DNA from: Anthoceros angustus
Lineage: Eukaryota; Plantae; Anthocerotophyta
Length of the DNA stretch: 64,000 bases
Direction of reading: 5' to 3'
Assembly (NCBI GenBank): GCA_010909165.1
Contig: MU008176.1
Coordinates: 299,114 to 363,113 of the forward strand
Each line of letters begins with the position of its first letter. Within the stretch, counting starts at the first letter, position 1. Shown piece by piece: positions 47,151 through 59,150 of this stretch. The notes beneath the pieces were generated by a model. That model ran no database searches. It was given only the letters and a program-made list of their open reading frames with translations, and had not been told where the DNA came from. A program made the translations under genes and the position numbers.

Positions 47151-47590
47151 AGCTTGCAGATTTGGGATTCGTCCCTTAGGCTCTGCTTGTGGCCTTCCAC
47201 TAACACCTACACCTCTAATCCTCTACTCATCCTCTCATCCTCTTCCTCCTATTCTAACCTCGCTTCGCTGACCGCCTCTTGCACAACCTGGGTCGGCCTC
47301 CACCAAAGAAGTTCTTCCTTGGGCAGTTGCTATGAGTTTGACACGGGGCGAGAACCTCCAGTCTTTCCTGTAGTCTACCCTCAAGCCGAGAGTTCCCTGG
47401 GCATTGCCACACACCCAAAGCAAAGCAATTTCACAGCAACCATTCACAAGGGGAGCAACTCGTTTAGGCACTTGCAAGGAGCAAGTCCTCCACCAAGCAC
47501 TCCGACCACCGCGACTTCCTCTCTACCAGACGCTGCGTTGGCTCACAGCCGGCACGAAATTCCTCTGTAATGGCAAAGGACTCGATGAGT
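47150..47590 (+). repeat. Dispersed repeat 'X', part B; direct copy at ~63555-64000
   Basis: CTTGCAGATTTGGGATTC...CCTTCCACTAACACCTACACCTCTAATCCTCTACTCATC...CAAGGAGCAAGTCCTCCACCAAGCACTCCGACCACCGCGACTTCC is shared. Confidence 0.9.
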
Positions 47591-48204
47591 GTGGAAGCGC
47601 AAGACGTGATACTTTACTTTGTGAAATCCTCCTCCTCTTATAGGAGGCCTTCCACATACAACCTCCCTTAGGTGACCCTACTGCAGGTCACCTTTTCCAA
47701 TTTTCTATTATTCCTACATGACATTTAATGCCCTGCACCTAAGTCTACTTATGGATCCTTGGTAAATTCTATTCTAGTAACTTCACCTAAGATCATCCTT
47801 AAAGGATGTCAGCCTACCTCACCTATCCTTTCTATTATTCCTCTCATCATTTATGGTCTTTGACCATATCTAGTCTTCACTCTGCTGGATTAGTGACGCG
47901 TTCGTTGCGGATTGGCTCCCTCGCCCTCCTTTTGCTCTTGCCCCTTCCCAGTCCTTGTCATCTTCCCAATGTGCGGGGCAAGTACAATCTTGCCCCTTCC
48001 CCCATCTCCGCGGGGCGGCGCCCTGATTCCTGTTGGAAGTGCACGATCAACAATCATCAGTGCAGGGACTTGCTGGTCAACCGCTTGTCGTGTTTGTCTG
48101 GGGCCAGCAGCCTGTCCATGAGGTGTGATTCGCACTGACCTCCAAAAGCCAGCATGAGGCACCATTTCACACGCTGAATGGTTGCTCTCAAAGGGCACTC
48201 CCTG

Positions 48205-48580
48205 AGTGGAGAAGAGTGGTCTTAGAAGTAGGGACGAAATTGCGGTGTGGATCGGGGGGTCCCCGGCGCCCGTGATAGGCTCCTCGCTGCTAAGGCAGGG
48301 CCTGCAATTGTGTTGTGTCGTTGTAGGTCGAGGATTGGTGATTTTTCGAAGCAGTGCAAGTGGTGCAGCTGCTGTAAGAGGGTGAGTAGAGGGCGCCTTG
48401 CTCGTTTAGAAGGCTGAGAAGTTGTGTCTCTGCAGGTAGCGATCGGTCATCGCAAGGCCTCGAACTTTCACACAAGTCTCATGGGACGAAACCCAACGTA
48501 CGAAGCGACAGTGGGATAAGTGTGGCCGCTATAGTGGGAGGATCTTGGAAGCCCCGGGGTTTTCCCTACCACACTGACAC
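48205..48580 (-). repeat. Dispersed repeat 'X', part A; inverted copy of ~63195-63540
   Basis: AAACCCCGGGGCTTCC.AGATCCTCCCACTATAGCGGCCACACTTATCCCACTGTCGCTTCGTACGTTGGGTTTCGTCCCATGAGAC is shared in reverse complement. Confidence 0.9.
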
Positions 48581-48776
48581 ACGGCCATGTAGACATTTTG
48601 TGCCCTCCGCCGCCCAATCCGGAGGGTTGAGGATAACTTGCTCACAGACACTATATGGGGTAGGGTTTGTTATAGCCACATCAGCAACATAAACCTCGGG
48701 TCAAAAACAGGTCAGCCCTGAGAGATTCGCCATTGAGTAGGGTGTATGGGCGCTCTCTAAAGGGAAAGAACCTGCT

Positions 48777-49723
48777 CTCCATAGCCATCTAGAACATGAC
48801 ATCTTGGACGGCGCCATGCATAGCAATGCGTTGCCCGTCAGTAAGATAGCGAGCCAGGTGGGTCCCGAGTTGTCGAGGGGGTCCCACAGCTACATGTTGA
48901 GAGAGAGCAGGCAAGAGGTTGAACCAACCCAAGACGGAATTGCATCGCGGTGGAGGGCTTGGGAATGGAGGAATCGAGGAAGGGCTGGGCGCCCGCCCAA
49001 TGCTTCTCCAAGAGGGATGCTTGAAGCCCAACCTCGTGGAGTGAGGAAAATGAGGCATGGCGGCCCTAGCCTTTGAGGATAAAGATCCCCGCCAACCTTA
49101 AGGACGCTGCAGGGGAAAACTTCCACCTCAATGCCCAAGACAAAAGCCTCTAAGATGCACGAATCCCAATTAAGAAACGAGAGGCCATGATGGGGCAGAG
49201 AAGGCCCCTAAGAAAGCCACTAGGGTAGAGCCTCCATAGCCATCTAGAACATGACATCTTGGACGGCGCCATGCATAGCAATGCGTTGCCCGTCAGTAAG
49301 ATAGCGAGCCAGGTGGGTCCCGAGTTGTCGAGGGGGTCCCACAGCTACATGTTGAGAGAGAGCAGGCAAGAGGTTGAACCAACCCAAGACGGAATTGCAT
49401 CGCGGTGGAGGGCTTGGGAATGGAGGAATCCCAGAGAAGGGCTAGCTGCGCCTGCCCATAATGCTTCTCCAAGAGGGATGCTTGAAGCCCACACAGCCCA
49501 ACCTCAGGGAGTGAGGAAAAATGAGGCATGGCGGCCCTAGCCTTTGAGGATAAAGATCCCCTGGCCAACCTTAAGGACGCCTGCAGGGGGAAAACTTCCA
49601 CCTCAATGCCCAAGACAAAAGCCTCTAAGATGCACGAATCCCGAATTAAGAAACGAGAGGCCATGATGGGGGCAGAGAAGGCCCAGCTCCCTAAGAAAGC
49701 CACTAGGGTAGAGCCTCCATAGC
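48777..49723. repeat. Tandem duplication, ~455/483 bp units (48777-49231 / 49232-49714)
   Basis: Units begin CTCCATAGCCATCTAGAACATGAC. CTCCATAGC recurs at the end (~49715). The first copy is deletion-rich. Confidence 0.92.
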
Positions 49724-49854
49724 TAGCAGACCAGTGCCCCCAAAAGCGATAGGACGGAACACATACCGCCTTGCCAAATCCCCGTCATTGCACTCGAAAG
49801 TGCCCAGGCCGACGATGTCGCCCAATGCCAGCATAATCTGTCTTCGTGCATAGA

Positions 49855-50195
49855 GACGAGGGAGAGGAGGAGGGAAAGAGGCAAGGAGGAAAAGGGGGAG
49901 AGGGATTTGAGATAGAGGAGGAGGAGGAGAAGGGGGAGAGGGAAAGAGAAAGGAAGTGGGATGGGTGATCTCAGGTCCCAAAGATGAGGAGGGCAAGAGG
50001 GAAGGAGGAGGAGGGGAAAAGCGGAAGCACATGCGGGGAAGATTATAAGGAGGAGGAGGGAGAGAGGGAAAAGAACAGAAGTAAGAGGAGGGGGAGAGAG
50101 AAAAGAAGACGAGTAAGAGGAGGAGGAGATAGGACGGAATAGGAGGGGGAGATGGGAAGAAAGAGGAGGGGGAGAGGGAAAGGAAGAGGAGGAGG
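49855..50195 (+). repeat. ~340 bp polypurine (GA-rich) low-complexity tract
   Basis: Almost only A and G (GGAGGAGGAGAAGGGGGAGAGGG...). Confidence 0.9.
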
Positions 50196-50224
50196 CCCGT
50201 TCGATGCTGTGATTTTAGGCATAG

Positions 50225-50760
50225 ACCCGTCCCATGCTGTAATTTCCTATCTCAATTTTTCAGCTGATGTGTAACCAGTGTGACATGACGTTGGTGAAGG
50301 GATGGTGGCAGGGCGGGATCATGTGTACAGCCGCAAACAGATCTTGTACTTGCAGAGCATTGCAAGGTCAAGCCAAGACCCGTTCCAATGCCGTGATTTC
50401 CGCTCAAATTTTCAGCTGTTGCGTAACTAGCTAGTGTGATGTGATGTTAGAGAAGGCAATAGTAGCATGGCGGGGTGTCTCGTGTACATGTACAATTGCA
50501 AGTAGTTGCAAGGTGATGCCAAGACCCATTCCATGATGTGATTTCCTATCTCAAATTTTCAGCTGATGCGTAACCAAACTATGATGTGAAGTAGGGAAGG
50601 CGATGGTAGAATGGCGGGGTCTCATGTACATGTACACCTGCAAGGTGAGGCCAAGACCCATTCCATGCTGTGACTTCCTATCTCAAAATTTTATTTGATG
50701 CGTAACCAGACTATGATGTGACGGTAGAGAAGGCGATGCTAACAGGGCGGGGTCTTGGGT
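50225..50760. repeat. Four diverged ~130-150 bp tandem repeats
   Basis: Units start AGACCC(G/A)T(T/C)CCA.., at ~50225, ~50376, ~50523 and ~50655. Most carry TTTCCTATCTCAAATTTTCAGCTGATGCGTAACCA-like and GGCGGGG cores. Confidence 0.85.
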
Positions 50761-51561
50761 GAATAGGGAGTGACGAGGCCTGTGCACGGCAGGAAGGATG
50801 TGTCTGGAGGACCGGAATCGGGTGCTGTAGTATAAAGAGGGGCGAGTGTACCATCACCAGCAAGTAACATACATGTGTTGACTGTGGACAGTGAAAACAT
50901 TGTAGGGGGAGTGGAAGAGGCGGGTGGCAGAGGGAGGACAGGAGTGGAGCAGCCAGCAGCAGCCATGATCGGGGCAAGGGCAAAAAGGCGCGTAACAAAT
51001 ATGAGGCAGTTGTCTAGGGGGAGAGAGAAGGAGGGAGGACTAGGGGGAGAACATTCAGGTGTGTTAAAAAAGAGCCAGGGGCACTCGACAGTTCATGGCC
51101 GGGGGGAGGACACGTACTAGCGGTGACGCAGAGGAGAACATGGAGGCAGAAGAGGAGGCAATCGATGAAATTCGAGATGTGCCTTTTTAGGAGGCACCGG
51201 ATAGAGAAAAATAGGCTGGTGTGCTAGAAATTTGGGGTATAAAGATGCATCAAGATTTGCACAAATGGTAAATACAAAGTAACGTATAATGAACATGTAC
51301 AGACCAGTATATGTACGTAACCCGTATGACATACATATTTATTATATACAAAATATAATACAAACATATATCATTGAAAATACGATACCGTATATATCAC
51401 CGTAAATTATACACAAATAGTACGAAGGATGTATTGATATGGGCATTTATGTGTGGTGGTATTCATGGCCGTATTAGTAGTAACTACTATGTAAAATGTG
51501 GTATTCGATAGGGCAAAAGTAAAAGGGCAATGGTAGATGGGGAGGAGGTTCGGTACCAAGC

Positions 51562-53006
51562 CTAGAAAAGTGTTACAAGACTTTTCTTGTAACACTTTAT
51601 ATGTTGCAATCTTGTTGCAATCTTGAGAGAGGACAAAATATATAAGAAAGTGTAACAAGGGGCCCAAAAAGTGTTACATAGCCTCAAAATTGCAACATGA
51701 GTGTTACATCCAAGGGTCCAAATCTTAACATAAAGTGTAACATAAGCAGACATTTCTAGTAGGGAGCCAACTTCCAAGATGTCAGCCAGGTGAGACACAT
51801 CAACAACATCCTCCTCTTCACGATCAGCCAATGCAGGTACAGCACCCTCCACCATTGCTGCTGCCTGGTTGGCTGCATGCCTGGGAATTCGAGGAACACT
51901 GTTGTCTACATGAGGTCCGATCGTAACCGGCTTCCAAAATCTAGAGTGAGGGACCGTGGCACAATCAACATAGTTGCTCTCAAGGCACTCAACACAAAAG
52001 CAAGCCAAGCTCCGCATCCTCAATTGCGTAGGGTCATCCACATTACAGCCATACAGGCTATGCATCAACTTTGAGCTTGGAATGGGGTCACATCCATGCC
52101 TGTTCCTCCTGTTCACCTCATTTTTCCCTATCAGCCAAAAACTCCTATGCACGCCATGTTCTCCAGATGCATAGGAGGCTGATGCGCCACTTGAGATGTA
52201 GTTGCGAAGGTACTCCACCACATCTTGAGCATTCTGCAGCCGACCAGCTGTTGGGGAGGACTCTGTTTCACGAAGAGCTCGCTTGAGGATTGCACCAGCA
52301 CCGTCATGCTCTCCCTTACCGTGCCCACTACCAAAATATGACCAAAGCATGTTACACCCTCCCATGAGGCTTCGATACCAAGCAATGAAGTAGCTTGGTC
52401 GGCATGCCTTGAATTGGCTTGCTGCCCCATCTGACCAGCACTAGTGTTCCCGAGGTAGTGGGAATCCAAAATCTTGCATCGAGCGCCATTGATGTAGCAA
52501 ACAATGTTGCACAAGAAGAGTGTCATGAACCATATCGTCACTAATATAAAAATGGTAATACTTCTCTATGGTTGATGAAGGGTCTTCTGCATCTAGAGGG
52601 CCATTGCGCCTGTAAAACACGAGAAGCAGAATGGACACCTGGTCGTTTTGCCAATGCATAGATTGGATTTCGTTCTGCACGCCAAAAGCATAGTTTTGCG
52701 AAGAGTCCATCACAGAAACTACAACATCTAGGGGAAACCATTCTAGGCACTATCTGAACTCTATCCCTTGCCAACGTTGGACAAAATCATGGAGCACAAA
52801 CTCCTTCAGCTTGACCTTCAGGTGTTCCACAAACTCTGATGGGTGTGTTTCCATGAAGACTAACTTGATGCGTTTCTTATGATGGCCATCTGAATCTTTG
52901 CCAACAACTTGGTACTGAAAACATCGCCACTTGAGAACAAAGTCAGGTTGGATATTTTCATCTACCTCTGAGGGACAGAAGGCAAGTGTACTAACACCAT
53001 CAAGCT
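51562..53006 (-). mobile_element. Decayed DD[D/E]-type DNA transposase of uncertain superfamily (Sola-like motif pattern)
   Basis: LKWRCFQY...KRIKLVF...EFVEHLKVKLKEFVLHDFVQRWQ...VMDSSQNYAFGVQNEIQSMHWQNDQV...HFYISDDMVHD...MLWSYFGSGHGKGEHDGAGAILKRAL...RSLACFCVECLESNYVDC. Confidence 0.65.
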
Positions 53007-55240
53007 AACCAGAGTCAAAGTATTGTTTTTGATCAATGAGTTATACTCATCATCGATGGCCGGTTTCCATTTAGCTGCCTCGGGTCTGGAGTAAGCCTCC
53101 TATAGTGTTAAAGGATCTCCCTCTGTTGCAGCAACACTTAAGGCAAAGAGAGTATCTGAAATACCAACATAGGTCAATCCAGCTTGATTAAACTCAATGT
53201 CAAATGGTTGTTCCTTCTAGAGATGCCTAGGCTGTCTCTCACGTGTAGGATATCTACGCTCGAGAGCAGGCATAGACCTAGGAGGGGATGGAGGAGTGAT
53301 AGGTCAAGGGAAATCAAGGGCACCACCAAATCTAGATCAACATGTTCAAAGTCTTGGTGGGTGGGTTTTCCGCCTCGGTTTATCTCCACTTCCCCTCTCG
53401 GTAGGAGCAGGTGCACCGGGTGGCTGGGGTTAAGCGGGACCAACAACCCGAATCAACTGCTTGAGGAGAGGAGCCACGGAGGCACAGGAAAAGCAATGGG
53501 GAAACGAGAAGCGAATGGACACCGGTCGCTTTGCCAATGCATAGATTGGATTTCGTTACACGCGTAAAAGCATAGTTTTGCGAAGAGTCCATCACGAAAC
53601 TACAACATCTAGGGAAACCATTCTAGGCACTACACTCGAACTCTATCCCTTGCCAACGTTGGACAAAATCATGGAGCACAAACTCCTTCAGCTTGACCTT
53701 GGTGTTCCACAAACTCGATGGGTGTGTTTCCATGAAGACTAACTTGATGCGTTTCTTATGATGGCCATCCTAATCTTTGCCAACAACTTGGTACCGAAAA
53801 CATCGCCACTTGAGAACAAAGTCGTTGGATATTTTCATCTACCGAGGGACGAAGGCAAGTGTACTAACACCATCAAGCTAACGAGTCAAAGTATTGTTTT
53901 GATCAATGAGTTATACTCATCATCGATGGCGGTTTCCATTTAGCGCCTCGTCCGGAGTAAGCCTCCTATAGTGTTAAAGGATCTCCACTGCAACACTTAA
54001 GGCAAAGAGAGTATCGAATACCAACATAGGTCAATCCATTGATTAAACTCAATGTCAAATGGTTGTTCCTTCTAGAGATGCCTAGGCTGTCTCTCACGTG
54101 TAGGATATCTACGCTCGAGAGCAGGCATAGACCTAGGAGGGGATGGAGGAGTGATAGGTGCCGAAGGGAAATCAAGGGGCACCACCAAATCTAGATCAAC
54201 ATGTTCAAAGTCTTGGTGGGTGGGTTTTCCGCCTCGGTTTATCTCCACTTCCCCTCTCGGTAGGAGCAGGTGCACCGGGTGGCTGGGGTTAAGCGGGACC
54301 AACAACCCGAATCAACTGCTTGAGGAGAGGAGCCACGGAGGCACAGGAAAAGCAATGGGGAAACGAGAAGCGAATGGACACCGGTCGCTTTGCCAATGCA
54401 TAGATTGGATTTCGTTACACGCGTAAAAGCATAGTTTTGCGAAGAGTCCATCACGAAACTACAACATCTAGGGAAACCATTCTAGGCACTACACTCGAAC
54501 TCTATCCCTTGCCAACGTTGGACAAAATCATGGAGCACAAACTCCTTCAGCTTGACCTTGGTGTTCCACAAACTCGATGGGTGTGTTTCCATGAAGACTA
54601 ACTTGATGCGTTTCTTATGATGGCCATCTGAATCTTTGCCAACAACTTGGTACTGAAAACATCGCCACTTGAGAACAAAGTCAGGTTGGATATTTTCATC
54701 TACCTCTGAGGGACAGAAGGCAAGTGTACTAACACCATCAAGCTAACCAGAGTCAAAGTATTGTTTTTGATCAATGAGTTATACTCATCATCGATGGCCG
54801 GTTTCCATTTAGCTGCCTCGGGTCTGGAGTAAGCCTCCTATAGTGTTAAAGGATCTCCCTCTGTTGCAGCAACACTTAAGGCAAAGAGAGTATCTGAAAT
54901 ACCAACATAGGTCAATCCAGCTTGATTAAACTCAATGTCAAATGGTTGTTCCTTCTAGAGATGCCTTTTGTCTCTCACGTGTAGGATATCTACGCCGAGC
55001 GTGCATAGACCTAGGAGGGGATGGAGGAGTGATAGGTCGGAAATCAAGGGGCACCACCAAATCTAGATCAACATGTTCAAAGTCACCGAGTCGCTTTGGT
55101 GTTTCTGGTTTATTTATCTCCACTTCCCTCTCGAGGGTGCAGGTGCCTGCTGGGGTTAAGCAGACCAACAACCCGGAATCAATCGCTTGAGGGAGAGGAG
55201 CCACGGGAGGCACAGGAAAAGCAATAGCAGGAAACGTAGA
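52620..55240. repeat. Three tandem copies of a ~870 bp unit spanning the transposase/copia junction
   Basis: CGAGAAGC(A)GAATGGACACC at ~52620, ~53505 and ~54363. The middle copy is deletion-rich. Confidence 0.9.
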
Positions 55241-58200
55241 AGGCAGAATAAGGTGATCAATAGAAATATCACCAGACGAGCGTGGAGTGCTCGAGCCAGA
55301 AGAAGCACCAGGAAGGACGTCAAAGGAAGACGCCAATGACGTCGCAAGAGCAAGCACTATCTTGGCCTCATCAAAGGTGACAGTGCGGGCATAGATTGGA
55401 GTCCGAGTAGCCAAGTCCACAAGCTTGTAGGCTTTGCGATCTTCACCATAGCCCACAAACACCAGCTTCCGAGCACGAGCATCAAGCTTGTCACGGTGCT
55501 GCTTGGGGACAAGAGCATAGGTAGGGCAACCAAAAACACGAAGATGTGAAATTAAAAAGCTTGCATCCATGCCAACACTCGTATGGCATACGGCTTGAAA
55601 CCGACTTGGTAAGAACTCTGTTTTTAATGTATGCCGCAGTAGACACAGCCTCAGCCTAGAAGGACTTGGGCAGCTGAGACTGGGTGAGCATGGCACGGGC
55701 CATGGACATCAAATCGCCATTAGCCTTCTCAGCCATTCTGCTCAGAGGTGTAAGGCACGGTGAACTGCCTCAAGATGCCGCGCTCCTTGCAGAAAGCACG
55801 AAACTGATGGTTGTTGAGTTCACCCGCATTGTCGGATCGAATACACCGAAGTTTATGGCCAGTCTATAATTCGGCCATAGCAACAAAGGGTGAGAACACA
55901 TTATACGAGTCACTCTTAAGACGGATTGGAAACGCAAACGATATCGATCAAGTCATCAACATAAAATGGTTGGCTCCGCCTAAAGACGCAATAGGGAGAG
56001 GGCCACATAGATCTACATGGACCGATCAAGGGTGCCAGAACGACTAGCGTGAAGAGGGAGGGATAAGGAGAACTTCTTTGTTTCACAAGCACACAGGCCT
56101 CGCAAAGAGGCTAGGTCGAGGAAATCCTTGGAAGCTTATCTTTGTACAGATCCAGAGGTGTGCGCCAAGCATGATGGAAATGCCTGCCGACAATGCCAAA
56201 GGAGAGGCCACAAAGGTGTGACCTCCTTTGAGGCCGGGCTTCGTGAGAAGGGACCACTGTGGAGGAAGCCACCCAAACACGGCTTGCCTGTGAATACATA
56301 CAAGTCATGACGACGACCTCTAGCAACGATAACATGAGGGTTAGAAGACCGATATAACAAGCAACTCGAACAAACTCGAGGCGAGGCATAGACCTAGGAG
56401 GGGATGGAGGAGTGATAGGTGCCGAAGGGAAATCAAGGGGCACCACCAAATCTAGATCAACATGTTCAAAGTCACCTGGAGTCGCTGGTGGGTTTTCTGT
56501 TGCTGCCTCGTGGTTTATCTCCACTTCCCCCTCTCGAGTAGGAACAGGGTGCACCGGGTCGGGCTGCAGGGGTTAAGCAGGACCAACAACCGGCGGCACT
56601 GAATCTGCTTGAGGGAGAGGAGCCACGGGAGGCACAGGAAAAGCAATAGCAGGAAACGTAGAAGGCAGAATAAGGTGATCAATAGAAATATCACCAGACG
56701 AGCGTGGAGTGCTCGAGCCAGAAGAAGCACCAGGAAGGACGTCAAAGGAAGACGCCAATGACGTCGCAAGAGCAAGCACTATCTTGGCCTCATCAAAGGT
56801 GACAGTGCGGGCATAGATTGGAGTCCGAGTAGCCAAGTCCACAAGCTTGTAGGCTTTGCGATCTTCACCATAGCCCACAAACACCAGCTTCCGAGCACGA
56901 GCATCAAGCTTGTCACGGTGCTGCTTGGGGACAAGAGCATAGGTAGGGCAACCAAAAACACGAAGATGTGAAATTAAAAAGCTTGCATCCATGCCAACAC
57001 TCGTATGGCATACGGCTTGAAACCGACTTGGTAAGAACTCTGTTTTTAATGTATGTAAAGAGACACTCACTAGAAGGACTTGGGCAACTGAGACTGGGTG
57101 AGCATGGCACGGGCCATGGACATCAAATCGCCATTAGCCTTCTCAGCCATTCTGCTCAGAGGTGTAAGGCACGGTGAATGCCTTAAGATGCCGCGCTCCT
57201 CGCAAAATCACGAAATCGATGGTTGTTGAGTTCACCCGCATTGTCGGATCGAATACAAGCTTTATGGCCGCCTATAACCGCCATAGCAACAAAGGGTGAG
57301 AACACATTATACGAGTCACTCTTAAGACGGATTGGAAACGCAAACGTATATCGACTGAAGTCATCAACAACGGTCATAAAATGGTTGGCTCCGCCTAAAG
57401 ACGCAACAGGGAGAGGGCCACATAGATCTACATGGACCAGATCAAGGGGTGCCATAGAACGACTAGCAGGAAGGGAGGGATAAGGAGAACTTCTTTGTTT
57501 CACAAGCACACAGGCCTCGCAAAGAGGCTAGGTCGAGGAAATCCTTGGAAGCTTATCTTTGTACAGATCCTGCTGAGAGGTGGCAAGCAGCCAAGCATGA
57601 TGGAAATGCCCAAGCCGACAATGCCAAAGGAGAGCGTCACAAAGGTGTGACCTCCTTTGAGGCTGGGCTTCGTGAGAAGGGACCACCAGGGAGGAAGCCA
57701 CCGGAAACACGGGCTTGCCTGTGAATACATACAAGTCATGACGGGGACGACCTCTAGCAACGATAACATGAGGGTTAGAAGACCGATATAACAAGCAATC
57801 TCCAGGGCCAAACTCGAGGCGAAAGGAGCCGTCCCGCACAAGTTGTCGAAGAAGATGAGGTTCTTGGCCATCTGGGGAACATGTAAAACGTTAGATAGAA
57901 ACATGAAGGATCCGTCAGCCAGAGTGAAGGCAACGGAACCACTCCCCGCAATCGAAAGACCAGAGTCATCTCCAAGCAGCACGAAGCGCTGAGAGTCGTC
58001 AACCGCCTCGTACTGTGTGAACATGGTCTTGTGACTGACGCGGCGGAATCTATCAGCCATGAAGTTCTGTACTCAGAGGCCACAAGACAAACAGTGAGAG
58101 CAATCCCAGGTTGAAAAGAGTTCTTGGCCTTAGGTGAGACAGCAATGGGGTTAGCCGTTCGAGGCTCCCGCTTGGCCTCACTAGCTTGCTTCTTCCTGCA

Positions 58201-59150
58201 CTCTCGTTCCCAATGATCTGGTTTCTGACACCAGTTGCACGTTCCTTGCCGCTTTGATGTCTTCGACGAGGAAGCTGCCGAGGAAGCAGGCTTGTCTGAG
58301 CCTTGGGAATTGTTCCTGCGGTTATTTTTATTAGAATTCTTACGCTGTGGTGGATGTCCTTTGGCGACGAACGTGACCCATTCTCCTCCATGTTTTGAAG
58401 TACCGACGTTGAACCTGGCAGACTCCTCTTGAAGGAGAGCTCCAGCGGTCTCGGACACGGTAATGTTGGGCACCTGGCCCAACTTCACAGCTTGGTGAGC
58501 ATTTCTCACCGTCTGATTTTGGGAGGAGACAAAGGTCTGGTAGCTAGCCGGAAGGCTAGCGAGTAACAAACGACAATATCAAATTCGATGGTCGTTGAGG
58601 CGTTGGTATGCTGTAAATACAAACTTGCTAATATGGTGAGCAACACTATCGTTAGGCCCCATATGCAAAGAATAAAATTCTAAGCGTACTGTAACCAACG
58701 TCATAACATTGGTTGATTGATAGATGTCGGTTATTTGCTTCCACGCTTCAGCAGAAGTGGACGCGCCATCCATGTGGTGTAAGGTCACCTCGTCAAGACC
58801 AGACACAAGCATCTGCATGGCCTGTCTATCCTGCTGATCCCAAGCATCAATCGCTGGTTGGGGACCGGAGGGCTGAGGGACGGTACCTTCCACAATGGGG
58901 AGTAAATCCCTCGTATTCAGCACTATCTTCATGCGCTTGGACCACACCTCGAACTTTGTGCCATTGAACCTGTCCTTCTCCTTGAAGTCAATATTGACAT
59001 TCACGATGTTGAAGTACGGCAACGAAGGCGCAGGTGTCGAAGTAGAAATCGATGGTGTGCCGATGGGTGCACCCTATGGTGGTGGAGTGGGTGACGGAGG
59101 TCGTGAGGGCGGCACTGGAGAGCCATACATGCCCGCCATCTCAAGAGCAC
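53007..59150 (-). mobile_element. Ty1/copia LTR retrotransposon, gag-PR-IN intact in order, truncated at the start of RT; internally duplicated and frameshifted
   Basis: gag DRFNGTKFEVWSKRM...AEAWKQI; CCHC CNWCQKPDHWEREC; PR WLIDSAAS; GAG-pre LWHCRLGH; IN DLVHVDLCGP...VVDDFSRYT...IRSDNAGE...LRVFGCPTY...KLDARARKLVFVGY; pre-RT DPLTL*EAYSRPEAAKWKPAIDDEYNSLIKNNT. No LTR pair was identified. Confidence 0.92.
54990..57820. repeat. Tandem duplication, ~1.4 kb unit, inside the copia integrase region
   Basis: GCATAGACCTAGGAGGGGATGG at ~55003 and ~56386. The junction CTCGAG.C.AGGCATAG (~56366-56392) joins AAACTCGAGGCG (57811) to GCTCGAGAGCAGGCATAG-type sequence. Confidence 0.88.

Noticed and set aside
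51561-51598. Canonical Helitron 3' end (hairpin plus CTAG)
   Set aside because: The hairpin is AT-rich, directly abuts CTAG, and the next base is G rather than T; kept only as a low-interest structure.
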